A DNA stretch of 64,000 nucleotides, from contig OZ244197.1 of assembly GCA_965216785.1 (NCBI GenBank), positions 1,312,001-1,376,000 of the forward strand. Reading direction: 5' to 3'. The notes below the pieces were generated by a model. The model saw only the letters and a list, made by a program, of their open reading frames with translations. It was not told where the DNA came from and did no database searches. This DNA comes from Thermodesulfobacteriota bacterium. GTDB taxonomy: Bacteria > Desulfobacterota_D > UBA1144 > Nemesobacterales > UBA2774. The position numbers were made by a program, and so were the translations under genes. Shown one piece after another: positions 19,240 through 29,123 of this stretch (position 1 is the stretch's first letter; each line of letters opens with the position of its first letter).

Positions 19240-20148
19240 GTGAGAGCCATATTCTCTAAACAACGCGCCAATATTTCTCTTGGAATCTTAGGTGTTTTCT
19301 TAACTTCATTATTCATACTTTCAGTCTGCTACCAACAAACAGCAACTGTCCACGCACAGCCAAATGAACAAACGGACATTTGCGTTTTACAGCAGAACGC
19401 TCAAAGCCCAATTTGGGTTAAAGACGCTACACCGATGAAAAAAGTGGCCGTGCTGACTGGACTCATTAAGGGCCGGGACACCCTTAAGGGCGGGAAGTGC
19501 GCCGGGACTGAGGTTGGTATCAACCCCCACAGAAAGATCATAACCCTGGTAATGAATGAGGAGGGCGAAAAAAAGGGAGAGATATATATTCCGCCAACAT
19601 CGGCATACAGTGGATTCATGCAGATGGTTGACCTGGCGAGCTGTGAGGCAGGGGATATAAAAAATATTATATATACCGACACTAAGCCTGGGGATAGCTG
19701 TGTTTATTCATTCCCCGGCATCGAAGATGTGGAAATGACGTTTTCCGGCCAAGTTTCCGCCACCGGCACAGTATTCCAAAGCAAGCCTTTCTGCGCAAGC
19801 GCGCTGAACATAAGTGGAGATGCCGCCATCACGATCTCTGGTGGAGAAGCCCAAGTTGTACAAAACCTTACCAGAGTATTCGGAACACCAGGAGACGGCT
19901 GCTACGCGGGATTTACCGATAATTTCCAAAGTACCTACAGTCTCAATGTTGAAAAAGTAAAAGGGTCTGTAAGTACAAAAGGAGTTTTAAAGGGTCCTGA
20001 TGATACGTATAGTTGGTCGTTGACCGGTGATGAACAAAGCCTGTCGGGGTCCTTTGTCAATGACCACCATTATTGCTGCGGGAGGGGCAATCATACCGGG
20101 ACCGCTACGGGAGATGTTACATTGCCCAGACAAAACCAGGGCGAGTAA
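19240..20148 (+). CDS. Secreted Cys-rich hypothetical protein
   Basis: GTG start after ggggga, signal-like N-terminus, several Cys, HHYCC near the C-terminus. Confidence 0.72.
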   Translation: MRAIFSKQRANISLGILGVFLTSLFILSVCYQQTATVHAQPNEQTDICVLQQNAQSPIWVKDATPMKKVAVLTGLIKGRDTLKGGKCAGTEVGINPHRKIITLVMNEEGEKKGEIYIPPTSAYSGFMQMVDLASCEAGDIKNIIYTDTKPGDSCVYSFPGIEDVEMTFSGQVSATGTVFQSKPFCASALNISGDAAITISGGEAQVVQNLTRVFGTPGDGCYAGFTDNFQSTYSLNVEKVKGSVSTKGVLKGPDDTYSWSLTGDEQSLSGSFVNDHHYCCGRGNHTGTATGDVTLPRQNQGE

Positions 20149-20189
20149 GCCTGTCTAAAATCTGTCTTATACGCACATAGAAAAGAAAT

Positions 20190-20214
20190 AAAAAAGGGAG
20201 CCGAAGCTCCCTTT
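20190..20214. terminator. Bidirectional terminator (IPTL family hairpin)
   Basis: aaaaaagggagccgaagctcccttt between convergent genes. Confidence 0.8.
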
Positions 20215-20237
20215 GTGTATTGTTGTTGAGTTTCTAG

Positions 20238-21182
20238 TTAAGCTGTTGCTTTCTTTCTGCGGATCGCCATAACCCCAACGATTCCAAGAATACCGGCCAT
20301 TGCGATAAGACCCCACTCGGACAGGGTTGGGATGTTTCTTGCTATAGTTGCCACACCGCAATCAAAAGCCAATCCCTTAGCTTCATGGTCCATTTCACCA
20401 ATGAATGTGAAAATACCATCTGTAGTTATAGAGTGTAGTGCGTTTGGGATGCCAGCCGACTCTCTTTCTCTCTGGGATGAGAGCAAGATATTTCCAGACT
20501 GATGCACAAGAGCGAGCTGCTCAAATAAAGTAGAAGTGTCTCCTGATAGGTTAATCTGATTAACATCCATATTAAGTGGATTTATAGACTCAAAAATCCA
20601 ATCTACGTTTAATACATCGCCAGAACCTGACATCCTATATAAAAGTCCGTCATTGGGATTGAATGCTAAGGTTTCACCTGGATCATCATCGTTATCTAGA
20701 TTCTGAACAAATGTAGACGATCCATTTTGTTTGCTAAGTATCACAAGTTTTGGTATGAATGCATCATCTCCATCACCAGTAATACCGTATAGAGTGTCCC
20801 CGGTTTTATTAAAAGCTAAGCCCGCAATACGCTCCCCTGTATTTCCAACCAGAGTGGCGACCCCCGTATTATGATCTATTGTCGCCAAAAGTCTTTGAGC
20901 ATTTCCGCCGGTACCATCCCCACCTGAACCCGGTGTTGAAAATGCAATCCAGCACACACCGGTGAACGGGTCTTTTGCCAGTCCGTTACAACCCCTTATA
21001 TTTACTCCTGGTAGGATTATAGGGGTTGTTGTTAGCGTAGCTCCTGTATCGGGATCGATGGTATGAAGCAATGGTAAACCATTTGGCGACTCGCAAGAAT
21101 ATAAAGTTTGTGCATACGATGTGCCATATGAAAGTAAAAATAGAGTAATGATATAAAATGATAGTTTTAATAATTTCATCAT
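20238..21182 (-). CDS. IPTL-CTERM protein with a beta-propeller-like domain
   Basis: Signal peptide, repeated GLAF/TIDxxTG blades, IPTLSEWG-TM-RRKK; SD aaggag before ATG 21182. Confidence 0.87.
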   Translation of the reverse strand: MMKLLKLSFYIITLFLLSYGTSYAQTLYSCESPNGLPLLHTIDPDTGATLTTTPIILPGVNIRGCNGLAKDPFTGVCWIAFSTPGSGGDGTGGNAQRLLATIDHNTGVATLVGNTGERIAGLAFNKTGDTLYGITGDGDDAFIPKLVILSKQNGSSTFVQNLDNDDDPGETLAFNPNDGLLYRMSGSGDVLNVDWIFESINPLNMDVNQINLSGDTSTLFEQLALVHQSGNILLSSQRERESAGIPNALHSITTDGIFTFIGEMDHEAKGLAFDCGVATIARNIPTLSEWGLIAMAGILGIVGVMAIRRKKATA

Positions 21183-21544
21183 CCACTCTCCTTTAGAAAA
21201 CAATTATTCTTAGTTCTTAAAATAACACATATACAGAGAGATTTTCAACACTCGACGAAAATCCGTCTCAATCGCACACAGATGATACTTATAGCGTACG
21301 TAGGCATGGGGCCTGCTCAGTACCCCAGAAGTGTGCAGGCTTGCAGATTCCCCACCCAGACTTCAGAGTTTTCATTACCGTAATAAACCGCTCAAAGATA
21401 TTCGGGCTGCTGTAAACATTGTATCTTTTTCCGCAACTTTTTTAGTGGCGAATTTAGGAATTACTAAGTATTTTTGATATGAGTTTCTATTAAACCACAT
21501 GGCGGCAGTGAGTAGATAATCTACAAATAATAGGAGGGATAACG

Positions 21545-21943
21545 ATGACAAGAGAAGAGGCGGTGACTTTTCTTGATAAGATGTTTCAGGAAGTATTCAC
21601 AGAGTCCGGTAAGCCTGAATACGCCGACCGTTACTTCAGCCAAGACTATCGGGCCGAAAGTAATTGCAACTTCCTTGACCGTAAGATGTTCGACGACCAC
21701 GTCTTGGCACTACAGAAAGATATTCGCGTGCTTGAATGTGCGTACGGTGACGTAATTACAACACCAGACCGCATTGCGGCAGTGCTGACATTTACAGTTC
21801 ATAAAACGGACGGGAAAACGGCTAAAGTCCGCTCACACGCGTTCTATAGTCTAGAAGACGGGAAGATTGCCAGGTTGCAAGAGCTTACGCACGTAATAGA
21901 GGGCGGAAGCGAAGACACGGACATAGCTTCACGTACCTCATGA
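21545..21943 (+). CDS. SnoaL/NTF2-like protein
   Basis: YFSQDY...LEDGKIARLQELT; SD aggagg. Confidence 0.75.
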   Translation: MTREEAVTFLDKMFQEVFTESGKPEYADRYFSQDYRAESNCNFLDRKMFDDHVLALQKDIRVLECAYGDVITTPDRIAAVLTFTVHKTDGKTAKVRSHAFYSLEDGKIARLQELTHVIEGGSEDTDIASRTS

Positions 21944-22007
21944 CCTAGGCGCATAAAACGAAGAAGGGTGCTGCCTGCTTAATTGTGTAAAAGATTATGC
22001 CTGATCT

Positions 22008-22487
22008 TTATGATGCTTCTGGCTCTTTATCCTTTTCCCTTTGTATTTCCGGTTCCTGGTTGGGGTTATCGTCTGCTTCTTGTATACTGCCCACGTAGGT
22101 GTAGATCATCGGGTCCTGGCCTTCCTTGGACCATATAAATGTCCCAGTGATGTTGTCACCTTTGACAGCTCCTTCCCATTCTGCTTTTCCCTCTTTCTCG
22201 CTGGTGAGAGTGGATTTGAACAATGTAGCTCCGCCTTTTGACTTTGATTCATACTTAGCGGGTGTAAAGCCGTATTGTTCGCAGTCTGAAGACATGAATT
22301 TCCCATCTTGAAAAGTTAGGCTGTCGTCCATGGGCTCACCGTCTTTATTGTGCTCTGAAATTTTGACTGAAAATGTCTTTCCATCCAGAGAGTCGCCTGC
22401 GGACGCGGTGTTCTGGCCCGCGCCGATTACAGATAGGCTTAAGCCAAGGACAAAAAGGTATACTGCTGAAATTAGTATAAATCTCAT
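22008..22487 (-). CDS. Secreted hypothetical protein
   Basis: Signal peptide, SD ggaggg, LDGKTF...DSLTFQDGKF..WEGAVKGDNITG. Confidence 0.75.
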   Translation of the reverse strand: MRFILISAVYLFVLGLSLSVIGAGQNTASAGDSLDGKTFSVKISEHNKDGEPMDDSLTFQDGKFMSSDCEQYGFTPAKYESKSKGGATLFKSTLTSEKEGKAEWEGAVKGDNITGTFIWSKEGQDPMIYTYVGSIQEADDNPNQEPEIQREKDKEPEAS

Positions 22488-22573
22488 AGTTTCCCTCCAA
22501 CTAACCTGTATTTTGACTGTAAAGTGATTCTACTAGAGTTTGCGGAGCAGTGTCAAGGAGGTAGTGCTTAAAT

Positions 22574-22597
22574 AAAAAGGGAGCCGTAGCTCCCTTT
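22574..22597 (-). terminator. Terminator of the IPTL-CTERM gene (family hairpin)
   Basis: Minus strand aaagggagctacggctcccttttt. Confidence 0.8.
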
Positions 22598-22620
22598 GTA
22601 TATTGTTATCTAGTTTCTGG

Positions 22621-23316
22621 TTAAGCGATTGCTTTCTTTCTTCGTATTGCAAAGAGGCCGATTATACCTAATACTCCCGCCATCGCGATAAGCCCCCATT
22701 CCGATAGGGTGGGGATAGGTCTGGCTGCTATAGTACCAGGAACATAAACAATACGCTCATATTGGCCCGTATTATTCAGGTCTTCTGTCGCACCGCATCG
22801 ATACCCGCCAACATCATCCTGTAAGTGCCAGCACAGCCTTTGATCGTTAGCGCCGCTTGTATCAATATCGCAATTGAATTTTTGTACAGTATCCCCTGCT
22901 CTCACAAACCCCCACGCGTTTTCGCCAGATTCAGAAGCATCACCGCCTGCGAAATTAAAATACCAACCAACACCATTGGCTATATGCGTTATGTTACTAT
23001 TGGCACCCGTATCATTAGTAACATCACTTCGCTCACCTTGGGCAAGCAGGGTCAGGGTAGAGCTTCCCCTAACTCTACAGGCCAGCATCAATCTATCACC
23101 AGTGCATTGAGAAAGAACTACGTCAGGGTTTAAAAATCGATTGCCATAGGCATCCCTGTAACACTCAGTCCATCCGCCTGTGATTACTTCTTCGACTGCC
23201 ACATTTGTCTGCGGTCCAACAGGTAGATAGTCTTGAGCGTTTGCTTTAAGGTTTAAAAAGGTGAGAGTCACCAACAGAAAAAGTAATAACTGTAAACTTT
23301 TGATAGTATATTTCAT
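22621..23316 (-). CDS. IPTL-CTERM protein with a Cys/Trp-rich extracellular domain
   Basis: Signal peptide, GWTECY...RLCWH...GYRCG, IPTLSEWG-TM-RRKK; SD aggagg; upstream TTGTAA-17-TATAAT. Confidence 0.87.
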   Translation of the reverse strand: MKYTIKSLQLLLFLLVTLTFLNLKANAQDYLPVGPQTNVAVEEVITGGWTECYRDAYGNRFLNPDVVLSQCTGDRLMLACRVRGSSTLTLLAQGERSDVTNDTGANSNITHIANGVGWYFNFAGGDASESGENAWGFVRAGDTVQKFNCDIDTSGANDQRLCWHLQDDVGGYRCGATEDLNNTGQYERIVYVPGTIAARPIPTLSEWGLIAMAGVLGIIGLFAIRRKKAIA

Positions 23317-23491
23317 TTCCATCCTCCTAAAGATTCTCAATTGCTATTTGATGATTATAATTCAAACATGAATTTTTTACAATACACCCGAAAAACCAAG
23401 TCTCATCGTATTGTGAAAGAGACTCTATGTGTAAGTGATCTGGTTATTATTATGTTAAATTTTAGTAATAAGAAATCCTAAAACTCGGATT

Positions 23492-23905
23492 ATGGGAAAT
23501 AGAATGCTAATGGCGTCAACATGGTTTCTGAGGATCGCGCTTGCGGCGGCGTTCCTGTCAGCGGTGGCGGATAGGTTTGGTCTGTGGGGAGGGCCGGGGG
23601 CTGACGGTATCGCTTGGGGGGACTGGTATTATTTCCTTCTGTATTCTGAGGAGCTGACGGGGTTTCTTCCCTCTTTTATGCAAGAGCCGGCAGCCTGGGT
23701 CGCGACAGTAGCAGAGGTCGTGCTGGGCATCGGGCTTCTGATAGGCTGGAAGCTCCGCTACTTTGCAGCGGCGAGCGGAGTGCTGCTGCTCATATTCGCG
23801 CTTTCCATGACTCTTGCCTTCGGTATTAAGTCGCCGCTTGATTATTCCGTGTTCACTGCCTCGGCGGGTTCGTTCCTCTTGGCGGCTATTCCTGACGCTC
23901 CGTAG
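23492..23905 (+). CDS. DoxX family membrane protein
   Basis: LRIALAAAFLSAVADRFGLWG...AEVVLG...DYSVF. Confidence 0.8.
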   Translation: MGNRMLMASTWFLRIALAAAFLSAVADRFGLWGGPGADGIAWGDWYYFLLYSEELTGFLPSFMQEPAAWVATVAEVVLGIGLLIGWKLRYFAAASGVLLLIFALSMTLAFGIKSPLDYSVFTASAGSFLLAAIPDAP

Positions 23906-23986
23906 CTGAAACGGGTTGCATTTAATCACCCAATATATTAAACATATTATAGAGTCTGATTTGTGTTGGGTGCGGAGGGAAATCGT

Positions 23987-24448
23987 ATGACTCAGAATAG
24001 TAATGAGTTATCTATAAACCACTCACCTTGGGAGCGGATGTCTCCATCAACGAGAAAGAGGCTCGTTTGGAGTCTATGGTTTATAACGTGGCTTGGCTTG
24101 ATGGCGGGGTATTTTTACCGGAATTTCTATGATTATGTAGTGATTTTCAGCGCGTTTCACGTCTTGCTTTTCTTTTTCCTCTTTCAATATCAAGTAAAAC
24201 CGTTTCCCGTACAGTTAAGGCTCGTGTATCTTGTTTGGGTTATCATAGGAACGTACGTCCCGCATATGGTGATACTGATGTACATAACCACGATCGGGCT
24301 AGCTTCAAACCTATTTTTAAATTACTGTCCGCTTGCCAGGATGATGTACCTTCTGCCGTGGAACAGGGAAGAGCCTTTTTCTTTTAATCTTTTGATGCGG
24401 GTGATTCTTACCCCTCCGGTCCCGGGTCGTTTTAAGCCGGTGTCCTGA
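23987..24448 (+). CDS. Hypothetical membrane protein
   Basis: Several TM segments, YCPLARMMYLLPWN motif; SD ggaggg. Confidence 0.7.
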   Translation: MTQNSNELSINHSPWERMSPSTRKRLVWSLWFITWLGLMAGYFYRNFYDYVVIFSAFHVLLFFFLFQYQVKPFPVQLRLVYLVWVIIGTYVPHMVILMYITTIGLASNLFLNYCPLARMMYLLPWNREEPFSFNLLMRVILTPPVPGRFKPVS

Positions 24449-24545
24449 ATCCTTATCAAAATTTATCTATAGATAAAATGTCTGATCAATATTATTGTTC
24501 TCTTCTTGATATAAATCGGTCTATTCGTGTAGTATTGCTGAGATA

Positions 24546-25223
24546 ATGATACGATGGGAGAATCTGTTACCAGAGGATCTGTGCCGAGCGTTCAATCGGT
24601 ATCCTTATAAACTGCTCGTATTGTTAGTAGCCGCAGACTTTGTGTTTGTAGTATTGCATATACTGACCATAAACACGGATTTAATTCACCGTAAGTTGTT
24701 CTTAATTGGCAAAGACTACGGCTATGCCGAGGTATATCAGTACATAAAGGAGTTTTGGGTAGTGGTACTCCTGTTTTATCTTTTCGTTAGAAGGCCCTCT
24801 TATCTTCTTATATCCTGGTGTTTTGTGTTCAGTTATATATTCGTTGACGACGCATTCAGAGTGCATGAGCAGGTGGGCAGCTTCCTCACAGAATATTTCG
24901 GTTTCACAAGGGCTTTAGGTCTTCCGGGATATCAGTACGGTGAATTTGTCTTTGCGACTATTGTCGGCGCTGTGATATTGATAGTGCTCGGAGCATCATA
25001 TTTTCTGAGCGACAGAAAGCATAGGGGCGCGTCAAATAGCCTTTTATTTTTGTTAGCAGGGTTTTTCTTCTTCAGTTTCTTCATCGATTTTATACATGAA
25101 TTTTTTATGGATGCAGAGCTGGGGTGGGTATTCACAGCTATAGAGGACGGAGGCGAGATGGTGGTTATGAGCGTGGTTGCCTGGTACGTATTCTATTTGG
25201 AGCCGGAGGATATGGGTACCTGA
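24546..25223 (+). CDS. Hypothetical polytopic membrane protein
   Basis: 6-7 TM segments with conserved-looking DD..RVHE, D.IH, IEDGGEM motifs. Confidence 0.72.
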   Translation: MIRWENLLPEDLCRAFNRYPYKLLVLLVAADFVFVVLHILTINTDLIHRKLFLIGKDYGYAEVYQYIKEFWVVVLLFYLFVRRPSYLLISWCFVFSYIFVDDAFRVHEQVGSFLTEYFGFTRALGLPGYQYGEFVFATIVGAVILIVLGASYFLSDRKHRGASNSLLFLLAGFFFFSFFIDFIHEFFMDAELGWVFTAIEDGGEMVVMSVVAWYVFYLEPEDMGT

Positions 25224-25289
25224 TCCGGTATAGGTCAGGGTCTCTTAAAGTTACCGGTACTGTAGCTGTATTGTTGCGCCAGCAAAAAC

Positions 25290-25820
25290 TTAATACTCTT
25301 CCGGGTCTAGCTTGAGCGCTTCGTTAAAGCGGTTGATCATGTTGTAGAGCGCCGCTATGGCTGTGATCTCGACTATCTGAGACTCGCTGAAATATTGTTT
25401 CAGGTCCTCGAACACTTCATCAGGGATGTCACCCGGGTTTACCGTAAGAGCTTCGGCGTATCTGAGCGCTGCCTTTTCGGACTCATCTATATTCGCTGTA
25501 ACAGGGTTATCCATTTCATCGATCTCTTCTTCTGAAAAACCCATCTTGGCGCTAATTTGCCTGTGAGCGTGTGAGCAGTAAGCAGAGCAGTTTATTCCCG
25601 AGACTCTGAGAATGATCCTCTCCTTGAGCTTGGGATCGAGCTCGTCGGGCTGCTGCACAGAGGCAACAAATGGCCCGATGGTCTTGAGTATATTGGGTTT
25701 ATGGGCGAGCGCCTTATAGATATTGGTGACCTTGCCCCTTTTTTCTATCATTCTCCCGTACGCTTCCTGAATGACGGGATTGTCGGACGCGCCTTCCTCT
25801 ATATATTTGACTCTTGCCAT
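25290..25820 (-). CDS. AhpD/carboxymuconolactone decarboxylase family peroxidase-related protein
   Basis: KERIILRVS..NCSAYCSHAH, EIT..AALYNMINRFN. Confidence 0.85.
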   Translation of the reverse strand: MARVKYIEEGASDNPVIQEAYGRMIEKRGKVTNIYKALAHKPNILKTIGPFVASVQQPDELDPKLKERIILRVSGINCSAYCSHAHRQISAKMGFSEEEIDEMDNPVTANIDESEKAALRYAEALTVNPGDIPDEVFEDLKQYFSESQIVEITAIAALYNMINRFNEALKLDPEEY

Positions 25821-25921
25821 TCTTAAACCTCCTCAAGTTGTGATAAATATGATTTTAATTCGGATGCGGTAATATGACAAGGGAGATAATCTGTTGCTTG
25901 GGTCATTCACAATGACGGCTT

Positions 25922-25999
25922 ATCACCCCCTCCTTAATCCTCCCCCGTCAAGGGGGAGGAAGTTATTGTATCACCCTTCGAGAGCCTCAGGGTGAGCGG
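25922..25999. repeat. REP-like palindromes
   Basis: cctcccccgtcaagggggagg and tcacccttcgagagcctcagggtga hairpins in the intergenic space. Confidence 0.5.
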
Positions 26000-26002
26000 G
26001 GA

Positions 26003-27292
26003 TTAAGTGCCTTTGTCCTCTTCCCTGGCGATTTTTACGCCTTCATCGACGTTTACGCGGGTGAGCAGAATCGTGCCCGCAAGGAAGAATATAACGATCG
26101 CTACGATGCTGAATCTGGTGTTGCCTGTGATCTGAGCTACCAGCGCGAATACAAGTGGGCCAAGGAACCCCCCTATCCGTGAGCTCATTCCGTAAAATCC
26201 GAAAAACTCAGCCGTTCTGGACTTGGGTATCATAGAGCCGTAAAGCGAGCGGCTAAGTGCCTGCGCCCCTCCCTGCACCGTTCCGACCATGAACGCCAGT
26301 ATCCAGAAGTCTATGGGTTTGGTAATGAAATATCCGCCTATGGATATTAAAGTGTAGACGGAAAGGCATATGTAAATACATCTCTTTGCGCCTATATGCT
26401 TTGCGAGCCAGCCAAAGAAGAAAGAGAAAGGCACGCCTACTATGAGAGTAAGCAGAAGTGCACCGATGAGTGTACTCATACCGAGCCCTAGATCGGCGCC
26501 GTAGATGGTGGCCATGCGTATGATGGTGCCGATGCCGTCGTTGTAGACGAGGAACGCTATTAGGAACAACAGCAGCTGCCGGTAACGCTTAATGTTCTCA
26601 AATGTATTTCTTAAAAGCCTGTAGCCCGCGAGTACTGTGCTGTCTCCAGGGGATAGGCTGCCGTCAGCTTTTGGCTCCTTTACATTTAATATGAGAGGGA
26701 TAGTGAAGACGGCCCACCAGATGGAGACACTTAAGAAAGAAAGTCTAGCGGCAAGCCCTTTGTCCGACATAAGCTGAATCATGGCGATATTTATGGCGAG
26801 TAGAATGCCGCCTCCCATATAGCCAAACCCGAACCCCCGGGTCGATACTCTGTCGATGTCCCCGGGTTTCGCCACATGGGGGAGAAGGGAGTCGTGCATG
26901 ACGTCAGCGAGAGCAAACCCGGTGTTGCTTATAATGAATATCAAAGAAGCCATGGCCCAGTCGCCTGTTTTTACAAAGTAAAGGAATACTGTAGTAAAAA
27001 TGCCTATGGCCGCGAAAATGAGAAGGAGCCTTTTTCTGAGACCCATGAGATTAGCAAGGGTGCCAAGCATCGGGGCGAGGAGGGCAGCCAGGATTACTGT
27101 GATTGTGGTGCTGTATCCCCAGTACGCGGTCGCAGTGTTGGAGCCGAGTGTCGACGCCGCTACGTGGCTGTAATATACGGGCAGGATGGCTGAGACTATT
27201 GTGGTCGAATAACCGTTTTCCGCCCAGTGATAAAGCGCCCAGGAGTTTACGGATTTTTTGTAGGTTATTTCATTTTCTTTAGGGCTTGCCAT
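26003..27292 (-). CDS. MFS transporter (UMF1/Atg22-like)
   Basis: SWALYHWAEN, GFGFGYMGG, QALSRSLY, EFFGFYG; about 12 TM. Confidence 0.88.
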   Translation of the reverse strand: MASPKENEITYKKSVNSWALYHWAENGYSTTIVSAILPVYYSHVAASTLGSNTATAYWGYSTTITVILAALLAPMLGTLANLMGLRKRLLLIFAAIGIFTTVFLYFVKTGDWAMASLIFIISNTGFALADVMHDSLLPHVAKPGDIDRVSTRGFGFGYMGGGILLAINIAMIQLMSDKGLAARLSFLSVSIWWAVFTIPLILNVKEPKADGSLSPGDSTVLAGYRLLRNTFENIKRYRQLLLFLIAFLVYNDGIGTIIRMATIYGADLGLGMSTLIGALLLTLIVGVPFSFFFGWLAKHIGAKRCIYICLSVYTLISIGGYFITKPIDFWILAFMVGTVQGGAQALSRSLYGSMIPKSRTAEFFGFYGMSSRIGGFLGPLVFALVAQITGNTRFSIVAIVIFFLAGTILLTRVNVDEGVKIAREEDKGT

Positions 27293-27373
27293 CTGAATTA
27301 CTCACTAACCTTAAAGCGAGAGAGTTACCAGCTAATACTAATAGGAAACCGGGAGAAAATACAATAGCGGGCG

Positions 27374-28450
27374 CTATCTCAAAACCTCAAGCGCTTTACA
27401 TTCGTGAAGGGCGCGGAATATGCGGGTGATCATAGCTTTGAGGAGCGGGACTCCTCTTGATCCTTCGTGCGATATAAGGTGGTGGGCGGTAACTGGCACG
27501 TAGGTATAGAATAGCAGGGCGCTTCTGTAATCGCGCCACGCCCCGCCGAGCGAGTAATCACTTACCCCTGAGCCTGCTAGCTCGTCATACCACATATCTA
27601 CAAACCCCAGGTGATCTTCATAGGAGATTTTATCTTTAAGGCTGCCGCACACTACTCTTGCGACGTCAAACGCGCCTGCTGATCTGCACGCGACCTGCCA
27701 GTCGAGCACAAGCACTTGGCCCTCTCCCTTAAACATGAGGTTGTCTGCCCGAAAGTCCGTGTGCGCTATTGTCATCGGGGCGGAGTGGAGAAGCTCTTCT
27801 ATTTTCTCGCCGCTATTGGATATGAGATCGCCTGCCTCGATATCCCGCTTACTAAGGACGTCTCTGTGCTCTTCTTTAAATTCAGGCCAGTTCTCCTTGT
27901 AGGAATCTCTAATATTACGGTTTTCACGAGGCATCCAGTCAAGGCTCTTAAGGTCGTCCGATTCCCACCAAAGGGCATGAAACTTCGAAATTTCCCGCAC
28001 AGCTGTCTCCACCCGCCCGCGGGATAGCCCCTCCACCTGGTTGCCGGGCTCCCAGTCTTTTTCGTCTTCGAGCACAAGAGTGTAATTTTTGGTTTCATCG
28101 TCCAATACGCTGTAATAGCATTTGGGCACTCGTACGGGGGAGCTTGGGGCGATCTGCCGGTAAAACAGAAGCTCTCTTTCATTCGCGCGGAATGTCTGAG
28201 CGAATTCCTTATTTATCTCTTCCGCCGGGGGAAACTTAATTACGTAGCTTCCCGGCATACCCGGCTCAAGCGAGTCGTAGCTGACATTTACTCTGCAAAT
28301 AGAGCTAAGAAAGCCCAATACAGCTCCATCCAGAGGCTTTACATCGATTGCGATTACCTGGCTGTTTTTGCAGACTCCGGCTTTTTCCAGCGCAAACCCG
28401 ATCCAGTCGCGGGTAATTTCGTCTGCAGTTATTGGATGATCTATACTCAC
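27374..28450 (-). CDS. Phosphotransferase (APH/ecdysteroid-kinase-like)
   Basis: VIKF, RELLFY, HTDFRADN, VLDWQ. Confidence 0.83.
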   Translation of the reverse strand: MSIDHPITADEITRDWIGFALEKAGVCKNSQVIAIDVKPLDGAVLGFLSSICRVNVSYDSLEPGMPGSYVIKFPPAEEINKEFAQTFRANERELLFYRQIAPSSPVRVPKCYYSVLDDETKNYTLVLEDEKDWEPGNQVEGLSRGRVETAVREISKFHALWWESDDLKSLDWMPRENRNIRDSYKENWPEFKEEHRDVLSKRDIEAGDLISNSGEKIEELLHSAPMTIAHTDFRADNLMFKGEGQVLVLDWQVACRSAGAFDVARVVCGSLKDKISYEDHLGFVDMWYDELAGSGVSDYSLGGAWRDYRSALLFYTYVPVTAHHLISHEGSRGVPLLKAMITRIFRALHECKALEVLR

Positions 28451-28539
28451 AAGTACAGCCCCTTAATAGTTAAGAGAATATTTAGCCTTTAATAATAAGT
28501 ATCTTATAATACTTATAGTAACTGATCACGGAGGGGGCG

Positions 28540-29037
28540 ATGACAAATATATATATTAGGCTGGCATTGGTTTTAATAATTATCACAATTCCTGCTGTTT
28601 CTTCGTTTGCGCAAGAGCAGGGTATAGACGGCACGTATGTTCTCGAATCCAGGGTGCTCGCCGACGGCACCGTGATGAAGCCCCCCGAGCTTATGGGGCT
28701 TTATAACCTAGAGGCCGGATACATAAATTTCAATCTCGTGAATAGAGACAGCGGCGGCAAAGTGCAGTCTGTTTCGTACATTGGCAAGTATAGTTTTAAC
28801 GGAGATCAGTACTATCAAGAAATACTTTTCGTTAGCGTGAGTAATGAAATAGACGGTGTGCCTGCAAGTTACGATTTTGAAAAAAAATCAGGCACTTCGG
28901 AGGTTAAAACCGAGGGCGGCCGGATCGAGTTTACCTTCCCTCCTCAAAACCAGATCAAGGCGGTATTTGATTCCGGAACATTTAAAGCTCAAAGAGTAGA
29001 CGGCGCGTATACAGACAACTGGAAAAAGATCGACTGA
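28540..29037 (+). CDS. Secreted lipocalin-like hypothetical protein
   Basis: Signal peptide, IDGTYVLES...SYIGKY...NWKKID; SD ggaggggg. Confidence 0.65.
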   Translation: MTNIYIRLALVLIIITIPAVSSFAQEQGIDGTYVLESRVLADGTVMKPPELMGLYNLEAGYINFNLVNRDSGGKVQSVSYIGKYSFNGDQYYQEILFVSVSNEIDGVPASYDFEKKSGTSEVKTEGGRIEFTFPPQNQIKAVFDSGTFKAQRVDGAYTDNWKKID

Positions 29038-29123
29038 GTCAAACCCCCATCACACAATATTAGTTGAAGCATGTATATAAAAAAGGAGCTTTCTGTCGTT
29101 TACCCGGACATTGTGCCAAGCGG

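Noticed and set aside
18462-22597. GGGAGC hairpins as integron attC sites or CRISPR repeats
   Set aside because: No RYYYAAC/GTTRRRY ends, irregular kb-scale spacing, and the shape of UUCG-loop intrinsic terminators
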